Positions 19,087 through 28,760 of a stretch of 64,000 nt of DNA are shown here, in pieces. The stretch is from an uncultured Alphaproteobacteria bacterium (lineage in GTDB: Bacteria > Pseudomonadota > Alphaproteobacteria > Rhizobiales > Methyloligellaceae). The position numbers and the translations under genes were made by a program. A model generated the notes under the pieces. The model saw only the letters and a list, made by a program, of their open reading frames with translations. It ran no database searches and was not told where the DNA came from. The stretch is from NCBI GenBank assembly GCA_963846875.1, contig CAWJXT010000019.1, positions 13,225 to 77,224 of the forward strand. The letters run 5' to 3'. How positions within the stretch are numbered: position 1 is the stretch's first letter; every line of letters begins with the position of its first letter.

Positions 19087-20857
19087 CTACTGCTTTTTCT
19101 GGTGCCCAATAGCCCAGACGTACGCAGCCACGGCATCGAGGTCATTGTCGGAAAGCGGAACCCCACCGTAGGGTGGCATGGCGCCGGGATGCTGTTTTGG
19201 CTCGGGCACTCCGTTCTTGATGGCGTTGGTGATGCTCTCAAGACTTCCCGTCGCCCCAAAGCCAACTTCCACTACTGAGATCAGCACCTACGGGCGTTCC
19301 GCCACCGTCGGAACCGTGACATCCGGCGCATGTCGCCCCGCCGACCTCGCCATGAAAGATTTTCATGCCGAGAGCAACCTGCTCGCTCGTTGCGCCTGGT
19401 GGCACCGGAAGACTCTCCGATGGGCTTCCAGCCTCGGGGTGAATGCCTTCAGGTGGAAGAGCATTGGGTGAATCCTGGGCTTCGAGCATAGGAGTAGCGG
19501 CGCCCTCAACCGCTGTTGCGTTCGGATCGCCATTATACGTGACGCGCCAGATGCGGCCCGCCTTGTCATCGGTGATGTAAAGCGCGCCATCGGGTCCGAT
19601 CGCAAGACCTGACGGACGATGCGCGGCTCGACCCGGATCTTTGTGCTTGCCAGCAAACCCGTCGGCGAAGACCAGATAGTCGCCGGACGGCTTGCCGTCG
19701 GACAGCGGTTGGAAGACGACATTGTAGCCGCCCTGGGGCCCGGGTGCGCGGTTCCACGAGCCATGGAAGGCGATGAATGCACCCCCGCTATATCCCTTGG
19801 GAAATTGCGAGGCCTTATAGATTTTGAGATCGTTGGGCGCCCAGTGGGCAGGAAACGCCGCGACAGGTGGCTCCATGTTGGCGCAGTCACCGACCTTCTT
19901 GCCACCATCCCCACCATACTCAGGGGCGAGCACAAGTCTCTTCTGCGCGGGGTCAAAGTAGCACGTCGGCCAGCCGTACGAGGCGCCCTTTTTGACAATT
20001 ACTACCTCTTCCGAGGGAAGCTCGTATCCTTGTTGCGCCGTATAGAGTTCTGGCCACTCCTCATGCAATTGGTCGCGACCATGTTGAGTGGCGTAAAAGC
20101 GTCCGGACGTATCGAAGTCTAAGCCTTCGGCGTTTCTGATGCCTGTGGCGAAGCGTTCCTTCGACGAGAAAATCTGATCCGTCTTGTTAGCGTCGTAACG
20201 CCAGATGCCCCCTCGTGTTTCGAGTTCGATACACGGGTCCTTTCCGCGCGAATGCGGCATGCGGCTTTTCACCTCACACGCATTCGTGGCCGATCCCATA
20301 GAGACAAAGAGATTGCCCTGGCCGTCTATGGCGAACGGATGCATCGGATGGTCGCCGTTAATAGGCATGCCAACGAGGATCGTTTCAGGCTTTGCTGTTG
20401 GCACCGTTTCGCCGTCCTTCAATTCATAACGCACGATGCGGTCGTTGATTTCGGCATAGAGCCAACTCTTGTAGAGCGCGATTCCCGTACCGCCGTGACC
20501 TCCCTCTGCAGCGGTCTGACCGAACCGAGTGTTCACATCCGCATGGCCCGTGTGTTTGGTGTCCTTGAGAGCGACTAAAAATCCTCCAGCGAGCGGCGTG
20601 TCGTTGTTGTAATAGACACCACTCCAGGTGTTGACATACACGGTACCGTCTGGCGACGCGGCGAGCTGGCGCGCGTGGCCAACTTTGTCGGCAAAGACTG
20701 TGGCGCAGAAACCGGTGGGCAGACTAATTCCTGAATCAGATTCCGGGCAGGCCTGCTCTCCACTCATGGCAAGCGTGGCGTCGCCCGAATGGGTCGCCAG
20801 AAAGATGAGGCTGGCGAGTGCCACCAGTGCGCAATCGCCGGAAAGTCGCGATTCCAT
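19087..20857 (-). CDS. PQQ-dependent sugar (glucose/sorbosone) dehydrogenase with C-terminal cytochrome c; frameshift near 19246
   Basis: Signal peptide; ATGIRNAEG, TQHGRD, AHWAPND, AFHGSWNR, GPDGALY; CAGCH heme motif; the MPPYGG..VAAYVW tail continues in another frame. Confidence 0.88.
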
Positions 20858-21542
20858 TTGTGAAACTCCTTACTGCGTCGCGAGCACCGACGTGGTCACG
20901 GGTTGGCCGGTACACCTACAATCCGAAAAGGAAGATGCGGCGGACCGTTCTTCGCTGCGTCGAAGAGATGCGGTAGCTGTCCTTCCGATGCCCACAAAGT
21001 TTGACCCACGAGTGCAACAGCAGTCCGCTCAGCAAAGCCGTCCTATGGTCTCTATATCGGCCAAATCACCCTTGGTGGTCACTCCATCGACGGATCGCCT
21101 TCGGCCATGACGAATGTTTGGTCGCCGGTCGGACGCAATCCGTCCGGGTCAGCTACTTTCTCAAAACATACCATCGGATTTTATGGTTCCCGAACATGCG
21201 CGGCATCGCCCTTCAGTCGTTCTTGTATTTGAGACATGAAACCCTTGGCTCAGAGGCCTCAGCGTCAACGCAGGAAATTTCCATCACGCGGGTTCTATCT
21301 ATGTAAGTCCGTCGGCAGCGGCCGGCGGCCATCCCCGTGGGAATCCCAGTCCACTAACCTTCCCCCGAAGGACTGGGCTTCTTCCTCAGTGCTGGCATGA
21401 AATAAGCAGGGAAAGCCATCATGGACGATTGGCCTGACCAAAGCTTGGCTAATGACATCAGTCCTGTTGGGGCCATCTGCCTAACCATTGGGCTCGGAGT
21501 GCCCACTAAATGAGTTTGCAGCCCAACTTCGAGAATAGATCG

Positions 21543-21755
21543 ATGACCGAGCGCCGCTTCCCACCACCATGGACCGTTGAGAAGATCCCCGGCGGGCTCA
21601 AGGTGGTCGACGCGAACGGTCGGTCGCTTGCATATGTCTACTCGCGCGAGACCCCGCCAGACGCGCGCACTGCGGGGGTGCTCACCGAGGATGAGGCCCG
21701 CCGCATCGCCAGCAACATCGCGAAGCTGCCATCGCTGCTCGGCGCTGCGGACTAA
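21543..21755 (+). CDS. Small conserved hypothetical protein (RRFPPPW..DANG..LAYVY..LTEDEARRIA family)
   Basis: Motif pattern I recall from phage/island-associated Hyphomicrobiales proteins. Confidence 0.7.
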   Translation: MTERRFPPPWTVEKIPGGLKVVDANGRSLAYVYSRETPPDARTAGVLTEDEARRIASNIAKLPSLLGAAD

Positions 21756-21836
21756 GTAGAATCCCCGGTGTGCGACACCGCCGCGGCTTTTTGCGCTAAT
21801 CTCGTCACACGGCCTCTGAACCGTGGGGAGGTTAGT

Positions 21837-21953
21837 ATGCGCAAGGTAATTGTTGGGACCATAGGGGCGGGCACGTTCCTGCTTACCGGAATGTTGGCTT
21901 CGAATGCCGAAGCGGCGCCCTTGACGGGTTGTTGCTACGTTGATGGCGCATGA
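21837..21953 (+). pseudogene. Signal-peptide-only fragment of a secreted protein
   Basis: GGGGAG RBS; MRKVIVGTIGAGTFLLTGMLASNAEAAPLTG followed by an early stop. Confidence 0.35.
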
Positions 21954-22461
21954 CTTTGCGGAACGGTGTGTGGGGGTCATTCGCCAGCGCCAGCACCAGC
22001 ACCAGCGCCGAGGTGTTGCAAGCTGTTTGGTACTTGGCTTTGTTACTGTCCTCGACGGAGTATGATTGGGGCTGCGATTATCAAGTAGAGGTTCGGCCAG
22101 ACCCCAATGACACGACGTTCGTCACCTTCGCTGAACCCCCTTCGCCGCAAAAACGCGACGAGCAAGAGATAAAGCGGAGAGCTTGTAGGCCTCCAGCGTA
22201 GGCGCTAGTTCACACCAACAGCCCGACTAAACCACCAACCACCCCATGTGCTCCGCATGAATCCTAATGGGGATTTCCTGGGTTTCCCCTTCTCCTCGAT
22301 TAGATGGACGAGGGTCGCGTACACCTTTACTCGAAGTTCTTCGAGTGTCGGTGCCTCAAAGAAAGCTCGCTGACTGCTGGCTTGGTGTCGGGCTGTTAGT
22401 TGCTGGGAAGATGTGGGGTAATTACAAGCCCCCAAAACAAGCCGTTATGCTGGTGTCCTGA

Positions 22462-22545
22462 TTATCGCTTGCGCCACGCGGGCCAGGCCAGCCAAAGCAC
22501 GGCAATCATGCTCGCTATGGCGATAAGGTCGAGGGCGATGCTCAT
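22462..22545 (-). CDS. 27-aa single-transmembrane peptide
   Basis: MSIALDLIAIASMIAVLWLAWPAWRKR*; AGGA RBS; TTGACG-N17-CTAGAT upstream. Confidence 0.45.
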   Translation of the reverse strand: MSIALDLIAIASMIAVLWLAWPAWRKR

Positions 22546-22669
22546 GGGGCTGTCCTATCTAGCTCTGGGTCTTATTTCGCGTCAAAACCCGCCAACGCAT
22601 TTATCCAGCCTATGTCAGACTTAATAACAAACAGTCGCTAATAGCGGCCAATCCTATGGCCCATGATGG

Positions 22670-23116
22670 TTATTGCTTTACTCCACGTTGCTCTAACAGC
22701 TCGTTGATGAGGTTTTGGTATCCCCAGGGGTCCACGGTATGTCCATCGCCGTCCCTGCTCTTATTGTGGTTGAGCCATAGGAGAGCTCGCGCGGTCTTCC
22801 TCACCCTTAGTCTGATCCCAATGGTGGGGATGGTGAAAAAGAGCACTCCCAAGGCAGTTAGGACGGTGGCTACCGCGTTCCTCGTGCTCATATCCTGAAG
22901 CGAGTTATTGGTTTCTAGGATCTTTGGCATCACGGAGGCGACGACCCGCACAAAGTTTGCCGGGCTGTCCTCGCGCATCTTCTTGGTTGATTCTGAGCCG
23001 TAGCTGACCCACTGCCTTTGCAAGTCACTCAGAAAAGCATCGGCAAGAGAGTTTCTCGAACCCTTCGGCCGTCTCGCTGGGTTGCCGGATTGTCCCGGCT
23101 TAAAGGTGTTGCTCAT
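22670..23116 (-). CDS. DUF5681-like protein (phage terminase small-subunit-like N-terminus), probably chimeric
   Basis: FKPGQSGNP..RPKGSRN.L..AFL.DL...W...G N-terminus. Confidence 0.6.
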   Translation of the reverse strand: MSNTFKPGQSGNPARRPKGSRNSLADAFLSDLQRQWVSYGSESTKKMREDSPANFVRVVASVMPKILETNNSLQDMSTRNAVATVLTALGVLFFTIPTIGIRLRVRKTARALLWLNHNKSRDGDGHTVDPWGYQNLINELLEQRGVKQ

Positions 23117-23172
23117 TGCCGTGTCTCACCTTGGCGCTCGCGGCGCATTGAATCCCTCAAACTCCTTGCTGG

Positions 23173-23382
23173 TTATGCCGTCATCTGGACAACCCCACGC
23201 CGCAGCCTCACACCATCGGCTTCGAGCGCTCGCAAGAGCGACTGTCGAATCAATTCTGATTTCGTTGTGTACTTGCGTTGAGCAGCTGCCGCGATGGCTT
23301 CGCGTGATCCGCGCGGCGCTTTGACACGCAGATCCTCAGGGAAGAGTCCACGACCGTCTTCAATGACCGGTCGATATGCCAA
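23173..23382 (-). CDS. Ribbon-helix-helix (CopG-like) small DNA-binding protein
   Basis: LRVKAP..SREAIAAAAQRKYTTKSELIRQSLLRALE pattern. Confidence 0.5.
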   Translation of the reverse strand: MAYRPVIEDGRGLFPEDLRVKAPRGSREAIAAAAQRKYTTKSELIRQSLLRALEADGVRLRRGVVQMTA

Positions 23383-23489
23383 TCTCGTCAGATGAACTCG
23401 CTGAGTGTTCAGTTTTCATGGGCACCATCGGTTAGCGTGCCGAGCTTTTGTTAATTCCGAACGAACTGCTGCCAGACGCATCCTAACCG

Positions 23490-23517
23490 TTGCACAGACA
23501 GAATTCGATCCTATAGT
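23490..23517 (+). promoter_or_regulatory. Sigma70-type promoter of the usp gene
   Basis: TTGCAC-N16-TATAGT. Confidence 0.45.
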
Positions 23518-23559
23518 CGCACTGTCGCTGTGAGTGGGTGCTCTCAAGGGGTTAACTAC

Positions 23560-23997
23560 ATGTCTGCGCCTACAATTCTTATCCCAGTTGACGGCTCGCC
23601 GGCCGCACTTCGCGCGATCGAGTTCGCGATCGAGATGGTGGGTCAAAATCCAGGCGCTTCACTCGTGCTGCTCCATGTGTCGAACATTCCAGCCATCGAC
23701 TTAGCCGGCGTGTCGGAGGTAATGGCTAGTGACTGGCTGCAGGAGGCAGCCTCGCGAGCATCGGCCAAGGCTCTGAAGGACGCGATAGGAAAATGCGAAG
23801 GTGCCAGCGTTGTCTTTAGGACACTAATCAAAGCCGGACAGACGGCCGAAACGATAGCGCAGGTGGCTCATGAGGAAGACGTTAAGCACATCGTGATGGG
23901 AACTCGAGGTCTTGGTGCAATTAAAGGACTGCTTTTGGGTTCGGTCGCCACGCAAGTTATTCACCTGGCGGGGGTTCCAATCACGCTCATCAAGTAG
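23560..23997 (+). CDS. Universal stress protein (UspA family)
   Basis: ILIPVDGS, IVMGTRGLG..GLLLGSVATQV...P.TLIK. Confidence 0.93.
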   Translation: MSAPTILIPVDGSPAALRAIEFAIEMVGQNPGASLVLLHVSNIPAIDLAGVSEVMASDWLQEAASRASAKALKDAIGKCEGASVVFRTLIKAGQTAETIAQVAHEEDVKHIVMGTRGLGAIKGLLLGSVATQVIHLAGVPITLIK

Positions 23998-24101
23998 ATA
24001 CGCAGAGTGACGGGAGCGAACCAGCTTGCCCATGTCAGTGAAAGAACGCACGGCCGTTTCAGGGGCGCTCGGCCTCAGATTCCGGTCATTTATGCGTCAT
24101 G

Positions 24102-24632
24102 CTACTGCGGGATGATCCAGTTCGAGCCATCGGCCTGCGCGACCTGGGTCCGACAGAGCGTCACGTCCTGGCTTTGGCTCTGTCCGTTCTTGTCGACGCT
24201 CTGCGTGACGTCACGACAGGTGGTGCCGTCGGGCCGCTGATATGGGTCGGACTTGGGCACGACCCACCCAGACGCGGTGACCGTGTTCGTCGCGGTATCC
24301 GTACGTTTCCAGAGTACTTTCTTCGCCGCGACGTGGGGAACCACCGGCTGCTCGGCTGCCTGCTGGCTAGCAAGCGCGAGCTGGCGGCGCTCTTCATTGT
24401 CGAGCGCTCTACCGATCGTATTACCGACGATCCCGCCCGCGACTGCGCCGACGACCGCGCCGGCAACCGGATTCATGCCATTATGCTTAGCGATCAGGCT
24501 GCCTGTGATGCCGCCGGCTACGGCGCCAATTCCAGTCCCGGCCTGCTGTCGCGAGCCGGGCGCCCCGCAACCGGTAAGCAAGCCTAAAACTCCAACCAGG
24601 AGCAGCGTGCAATGCCAGGACTGGGACTTCAT
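24102..24632 (-). CDS. Glycine-zipper 2TM lipoprotein (17-kDa surface antigen-like)
   Basis: Lipobox LTGC; GTGIGAVAGGITG..GAVVGAVAGGIVGNTIGRALD; CR..TQ..LCR..DGSNW. Confidence 0.82.
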   Translation of the reverse strand: MKSQSWHCTLLLVGVLGLLTGCGAPGSRQQAGTGIGAVAGGITGSLIAKHNGMNPVAGAVVGAVAGGIVGNTIGRALDNEERRQLALASQQAAEQPVVPHVAAKKVLWKRTDTATNTVTASGWVVPKSDPYQRPDGTTCRDVTQSVDKNGQSQSQDVTLCRTQVAQADGSNWIIPQ

Positions 24633-24668
24633 TGATGCACCCCCCACGCGATACGGCTAAAGCTCACC

Positions 24669-25382
24669 TCATTGAAAGATGCCGCGACGGTTGCGGCGCG
24701 CGTCCTCCGCGGCTCGCTGATATTGCGGCGTCGCACCCTCAGCGAGACGCGCTGCGCCGTTGGTTAGGGCCGCGAGCGCGAGATCGACGTTCTTGACAAA
24801 GCAGATGTGGCGCGTGCCGCTCGGGGTGCAGCGGATCTCCTTGCCCTGTTCCTCGATGAACTTTTGCAGCTGATCACGATAAGGCGAGCCAAGACCGGTA
24901 ATGCCGGCAAGGTGGATGGTCTCGCCCTCGATCTTAAGGGTCCCGGTATCAATCACTTGCTCGACCCGGCCGGCCACCTCCTCTGGTTGGGGCTCAGAAG
25001 GTGCGAGTGGCTTTGCCGCGGCCACCGCCTTTGGTTGGGTCTCGGAGGGCGGCAGGACTGTTACTTTTGCTTGCGCTTCGGGTGTCGGTAATGCCTGCGG
25101 CAGGGCAATAATCTTCGGCTGGGTTTCAGCCGGAGACAGTGCCTGAGGTACGACCGAAGCCTGCCGCTCGGGAAAGGAGCGCCCGCTCGCCACCATCATC
25201 GTCTCGGGCAATCGGGCGGGGGGCTGTTGAGCAGCCGTCGCCTGCTCAGGCACCTGCCAACCTTTAATCTCATCGGAGATGTAGCCGGCGACCACATTCG
25301 CCACGATGTCAGTCAACAGCACGCCAGCAATGCTAACAAGGGAGACGATGCCCGCCCATTTCCACTTTTGATCAGTATGCAT
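24669..25382 (-). CDS. Membrane-anchored protein with Pro/Gln-rich linker and C-terminal thermonuclease (SNase)-like domain
   Basis: N-terminal TM segment; P(A/S)ETQPK repeats; V.QVIDTGTL..G.TIHLAGI..C..VDLA..GAA..Y..A...AR..RRGIF. Confidence 0.7.
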   Translation of the reverse strand: MHTDQKWKWAGIVSLVSIAGVLLTDIVANVVAGYISDEIKGWQVPEQATAAQQPPARLPETMMVASGRSFPERQASVVPQALSPAETQPKIIALPQALPTPEAQAKVTVLPPSETQPKAVAAAKPLAPSEPQPEEVAGRVEQVIDTGTLKIEGETIHLAGITGLGSPYRDQLQKFIEEQGKEIRCTPSGTRHICFVKNVDLALAALTNGAARLAEGATPQYQRAAEDARRNRRGIFQ

Positions 25383-25599
25383 GGAGGTCCGTCACCGACA
25401 TTCCCAAATGAAGCCCAGTTCCGAGCGTCAGAGTAGCCATTTGGGCTCCCTGCGACAATCTGGAATACAAAAGGAGCCGCCCATGTTGCCCCCCCCCCCG
25501 TTAAAACCTGGCCTTGCCTGAGCGCTAACGGGCTTGTCCGTTAACAAGCATTCTCCCGTCAATTCTGCCGACGCGGGATTGCTCGATGTCCGCTATTGG

Positions 25600-25810
25600 A
25601 CGCCGCATGATGAGGATGGTCCTGTCGAGCGAGACGCCTATTGCCTGCGTCTGCAGGATGAGAAAGGACATGCTGGAATTTCCGAAGCCGAAGCCGCTTG
25701 CCCCGAGCGTTTGCGTGAGGAAGACCGGCAACACCGGATAGAGCATTTCGAGACTTCGCCGAAGAGGCTCGCGCAGGCGAGGAAGACCGCATTGCGTGTG
25801 ATCCCGGTGA
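25600..25810 (-). pseudogene. MFS transporter remnant
   Basis: ITRNAVFLACASLFGEVS / MLYPVLPVFLTQTLGASG joined to GNSSMSFLILQTQAIG; frameshift and large deletion. Confidence 0.6.
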
Positions 25811-25881
25811 AGGGGCGAGTTGGCCGTGGGTTCGTCTCACCCGGTCGGCGCTTGGGGGTGGGTCGAGGCGCGTAAGCAAAC

Positions 25882-26673
25882 CTACGCGATGGTGCGCACC
25901 ACGCCGCCATCGACGCGGAGCGCCGAGCCCGTGGTAGCGGAAGCCGCCTCACTGCAGAGATAGACGACCGCGTTCGCCACCTCCTCCGGCGTGGCCATAC
26001 GCTTGATGAGCGAGGAAGGCCTGAGCGTCTTGATCAGCTCGCTCTCCATCGCCTTCATGTCGATGCGCCGTTCCTTGGCCATCTGCTCCAAAAACTCGAC
26101 CACCCCTTCCGTCCGCGTCGGCCCGGGCAGCACAGCGTTCACCGTGACCGCCGTCCCCGCCACGCTTTCGGCGAGCCCACGGGAGATGGCGAGCTGCGCC
26201 GTCTTGGTCATACCGTAATGCACCATCTCCGCTGGGATGTTCAGCCCCGACTCGGATGAAATGAAGATGATGCGGCCCCAATTCTGCTTCAGCATGTGGG
26301 GCAGGAGCGCACGCGAGAGGCGTACTCCGCTCATCACATTCACCTCGAAGTAGCGGAGCCAGTCAGCATCGGGGATGTCGAGGAAGGGTTTCGGCTCGAA
26401 GATTCCGGTATTGTTGATCAGGATATCGACCGACCCGAGCTGCGCGAGCAGGCGCTTCACCTCGGCGGCATTGCCCACGTCCCCAGCGATGCCCGTCACA
26501 AGCGTGCTCGTCTCGCCCCCGAGGCGCTGCACCGCTTCCCCGACCCTGGCCTCAGTGCGCCCATTCACCACGACCTCGGCGCCTTCCCGTGCCAAACCCT
26601 TGGCAATGGCAAATCCGATGCCTTGCGTCGAGCCGGTGACCAGCGCCCGCTTACCTGTGAGCTTCAGATCCAT
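25882..26673 (-). CDS. SDR family NAD(P)-dependent oxidoreductase
   Basis: VTGSTQGIG, ILINNTG, YGMTK, VNAVLPG, LRVDGG. Confidence 0.93.
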   Translation of the reverse strand: MDLKLTGKRALVTGSTQGIGFAIAKGLAREGAEVVVNGRTEARVGEAVQRLGGETSTLVTGIAGDVGNAAEVKRLLAQLGSVDILINNTGIFEPKPFLDIPDADWLRYFEVNVMSGVRLSRALLPHMLKQNWGRIIFISSESGLNIPAEMVHYGMTKTAQLAISRGLAESVAGTAVTVNAVLPGPTRTEGVVEFLEQMAKERRIDMKAMESELIKTLRPSSLIKRMATPEEVANAVVYLCSEAASATTGSALRVDGGVVRTIA

Positions 26674-26686
26674 GAGCATCCTCAGA

Positions 26687-27862
26687 TCAAACACGTCCGG
26701 CGAGCCGGGCAAAGCCGGCTTCGAGATCGGCCTTCAGATCATCAACGTCCTCGAGGCCGATATGGAGCCGCAGCGCCGGTCCTTCGCCCCGCCATTTGGT
26801 CGCTGTCCGGTACTCGCTCGGATCGAAGGGGAGGATCAAGCTCTCGAACCCGCCCCAGCTATAGCCCATGCCGAACAGCTCGAGCCCGTCGAGCATGGCT
26901 GCGACCGCCTCCGCGGCGACCGGCATCAAAACCACGGCAAACAAACCCGAGGCACCGGCGAAGTCGCGCTTCCACAGCGCGTGGCCCGGATCGGAGGGAA
27001 GGGCAGGGTGGAGCACGCGGGCGACCTCCGGCCGGTCCGCAAGCCAGCACGCGATCTCGATCCCTGAGGCTTGATGGCGCGCAAGCCGCACGCCCAAGCT
27101 GCGCAAGCCCCGCAAGCCGAAGTAGACGTCTTCGGGGCCGGGGCAGAGGCCGACATCCTCATGGGTACGGGCGATGGGGGGCCAGGCCGCTTCCGTCGTG
27201 GTGATGGCGCCGAGCATGGCGTCCGCATGGCCGACGATATATTTGGTGGCGGCCTGGATCGACACGTCCACCCCATGGGCGAAGGGCTTGAAGTAAAGCG
27301 GTGTCGCCCAGGTGTTGTCCATCACCACGCAGGCGCCCGCCGCATGGGCGGCCTTGGCGATCGCCGGAATATCCTGCACCTCGAAGCTCTGCGAGCCGGG
27401 AGACTCGGTGAACACCACGCGCGTGGTGTTCTTGAGGAGGTCCTTGATACCGGCGCCCAGCAGCGGGTCGAAATAGGTCGTCTCGACGCCGAGCCGCTTC
27501 AGCACGTGGTCGCAGAAGCGGCGGGTTGGGCGATAGACGCTGTCGGTGACGACCACATGGTCGCCAGCAGAGACGAGCGCGAGCAGCGTGGCCGCGATGG
27601 CCGAGAGGCCCGACGGCGTGAGCAGCGTGCGATAGCCGCCTTCAAGCTCGGCCAAGGCTTCCTCCAGCGCGCTAACCGTGGGCGTGCCAAGGCGCCCATA
27701 GGTGTAGTCCTGATCGTTGGTTTCGAGTGCCGCGACGGAAGGGAACAGCACCGTCGAGCCCCGGTAGATGGGCGGATTGACGAAGCCATGATACCGGCCG
27801 GGCTCGCGGCCCGCATGAGCGAGCCGCGTGTCCTGTCTCTGCTTGCGGGTCCGCTTGCTCAT
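26687..27862 (-). CDS. metC: Cystathionine beta-lyase
   Basis: YGRLGTPT, ESPGS, DNTW, AATKYIVGHAD, GYSWGGFESL, RLHIGLED. Confidence 0.93.
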   Translation of the reverse strand: MSKRTRKQRQDTRLAHAGREPGRYHGFVNPPIYRGSTVLFPSVAALETNDQDYTYGRLGTPTVSALEEALAELEGGYRTLLTPSGLSAIAATLLALVSAGDHVVVTDSVYRPTRRFCDHVLKRLGVETTYFDPLLGAGIKDLLKNTTRVVFTESPGSQSFEVQDIPAIAKAAHAAGACVVMDNTWATPLYFKPFAHGVDVSIQAATKYIVGHADAMLGAITTTEAAWPPIARTHEDVGLCPGPEDVYFGLRGLRSLGVRLARHQASGIEIACWLADRPEVARVLHPALPSDPGHALWKRDFAGASGLFAVVLMPVAAEAVAAMLDGLELFGMGYSWGGFESLILPFDPSEYRTATKWRGEGPALRLHIGLEDVDDLKADLEAGFARLAGRV

Positions 27863-27890
27863 CCGGGGAGTCGAAAGGTGCGCATGAGCT

Positions 27891-28745
27891 CTAACCGGTC
27901 TCGATGGGAAGCGTCTTGTCGGCGCCCCACTCAGCCCACGCGCCGTCATAGACCGAGGTGCGCCGGTTGCCGATCACGGCAAGCGCCAAAGCAAGAACGC
28001 TCGCGGTGATGCCTGAACCGCAGCTCGTCACCACGGGCTTGCTCAAATCGACGCCTGCCTCCTCGAACAGCTTCTCGAGCTGGGACGGGGATTTGAGCGT
28101 GCCGTCTTTGTTGATGAGCAGCCCATAAGCCAGGTTATGGGCTCCAGGGATATGACCAGAGCGCAGGCCCGGCCGGGGCTCGGCGACGCGCCCGGCGAAG
28201 CGATCGGGCGCCCGGGCGTCCACGATCTCGGCTGATTTGTCCTTTACCAGAGCCCTCATGTCGACGAGGTCGCGCACGAGGTCGGCATTGCGGCGCGCCG
28301 TGAAGTGCCGCGCGGTGCGGATGCGCGGCTCGCCGCTTTCAAGCGGGTGCCCCTCACGCTTCCATTTTGGCAAGCCGCCATTCAGCACGCTTACGTCTTG
28401 CACACCCATGACGCGGAAGGTCCACCAGACGCGGGCGGCGCTGAACAGTCCTTTGGAGTCGTAGACGACGATGCGCGAGCCGTCGCCGATCCCCATGCTG
28501 CGCATGCGCGAAGAGAACTTTTCCGGCGGCGGCAACATATGGGGCAGCGGACTCTTGGTATCGGCGATCTCGTCGATGTCGAAGAAGAGCGCGCCCGGGA
28601 TGTGCTCCTGGAGATACTCCTTACGGGCGTCCCTGCCGTCGCTTGGCATATGCCAGGAGGCATCAATGATGACGAGGTCGGGCGCATCGAGCTCGCGCTC
28701 AAGCTCTTCGGCCTCGATTAGCCAGGTCTTGGAGAAATCGGACAT
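27891..28745 (-). CDS. sseA: 3-mercaptopyruvate sulfurtransferase
   Basis: HIPGA.FFD, LPHMLP, SGHIPGA, CGSGITA, VYDGAWAEW. Confidence 0.93.
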   Translation of the reverse strand: MSDFSKTWLIEAEELERELDAPDLVIIDASWHMPSDGRDARKEYLQEHIPGALFFDIDEIADTKSPLPHMLPPPEKFSSRMRSMGIGDGSRIVVYDSKGLFSAARVWWTFRVMGVQDVSVLNGGLPKWKREGHPLESGEPRIRTARHFTARRNADLVRDLVDMRALVKDKSAEIVDARAPDRFAGRVAEPRPGLRSGHIPGAHNLAYGLLINKDGTLKSPSQLEKLFEEAGVDLSKPVVTSCGSGITASVLALALAVIGNRRTSVYDGAWAEWGADKTLPIETG

Positions 28746-28760
28746 CTAGCAATCCTAACC

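Noticed and set aside
21983-22009. (CCAGCR)n hexamer run
   Set aside because: A short low-complexity repeat without spacers; not a CRISPR array.
22205-22370. EAPTLEELR segment resembling HicB/DUF1902 antitoxins
   Set aside because: Too short, with no credible start or partner toxin.
11553-25880. att copy of the tRNA-Arg or tRNA-Pro 3' end
   Set aside because: I found no duplicate by eye, so island boundaries cannot be set.
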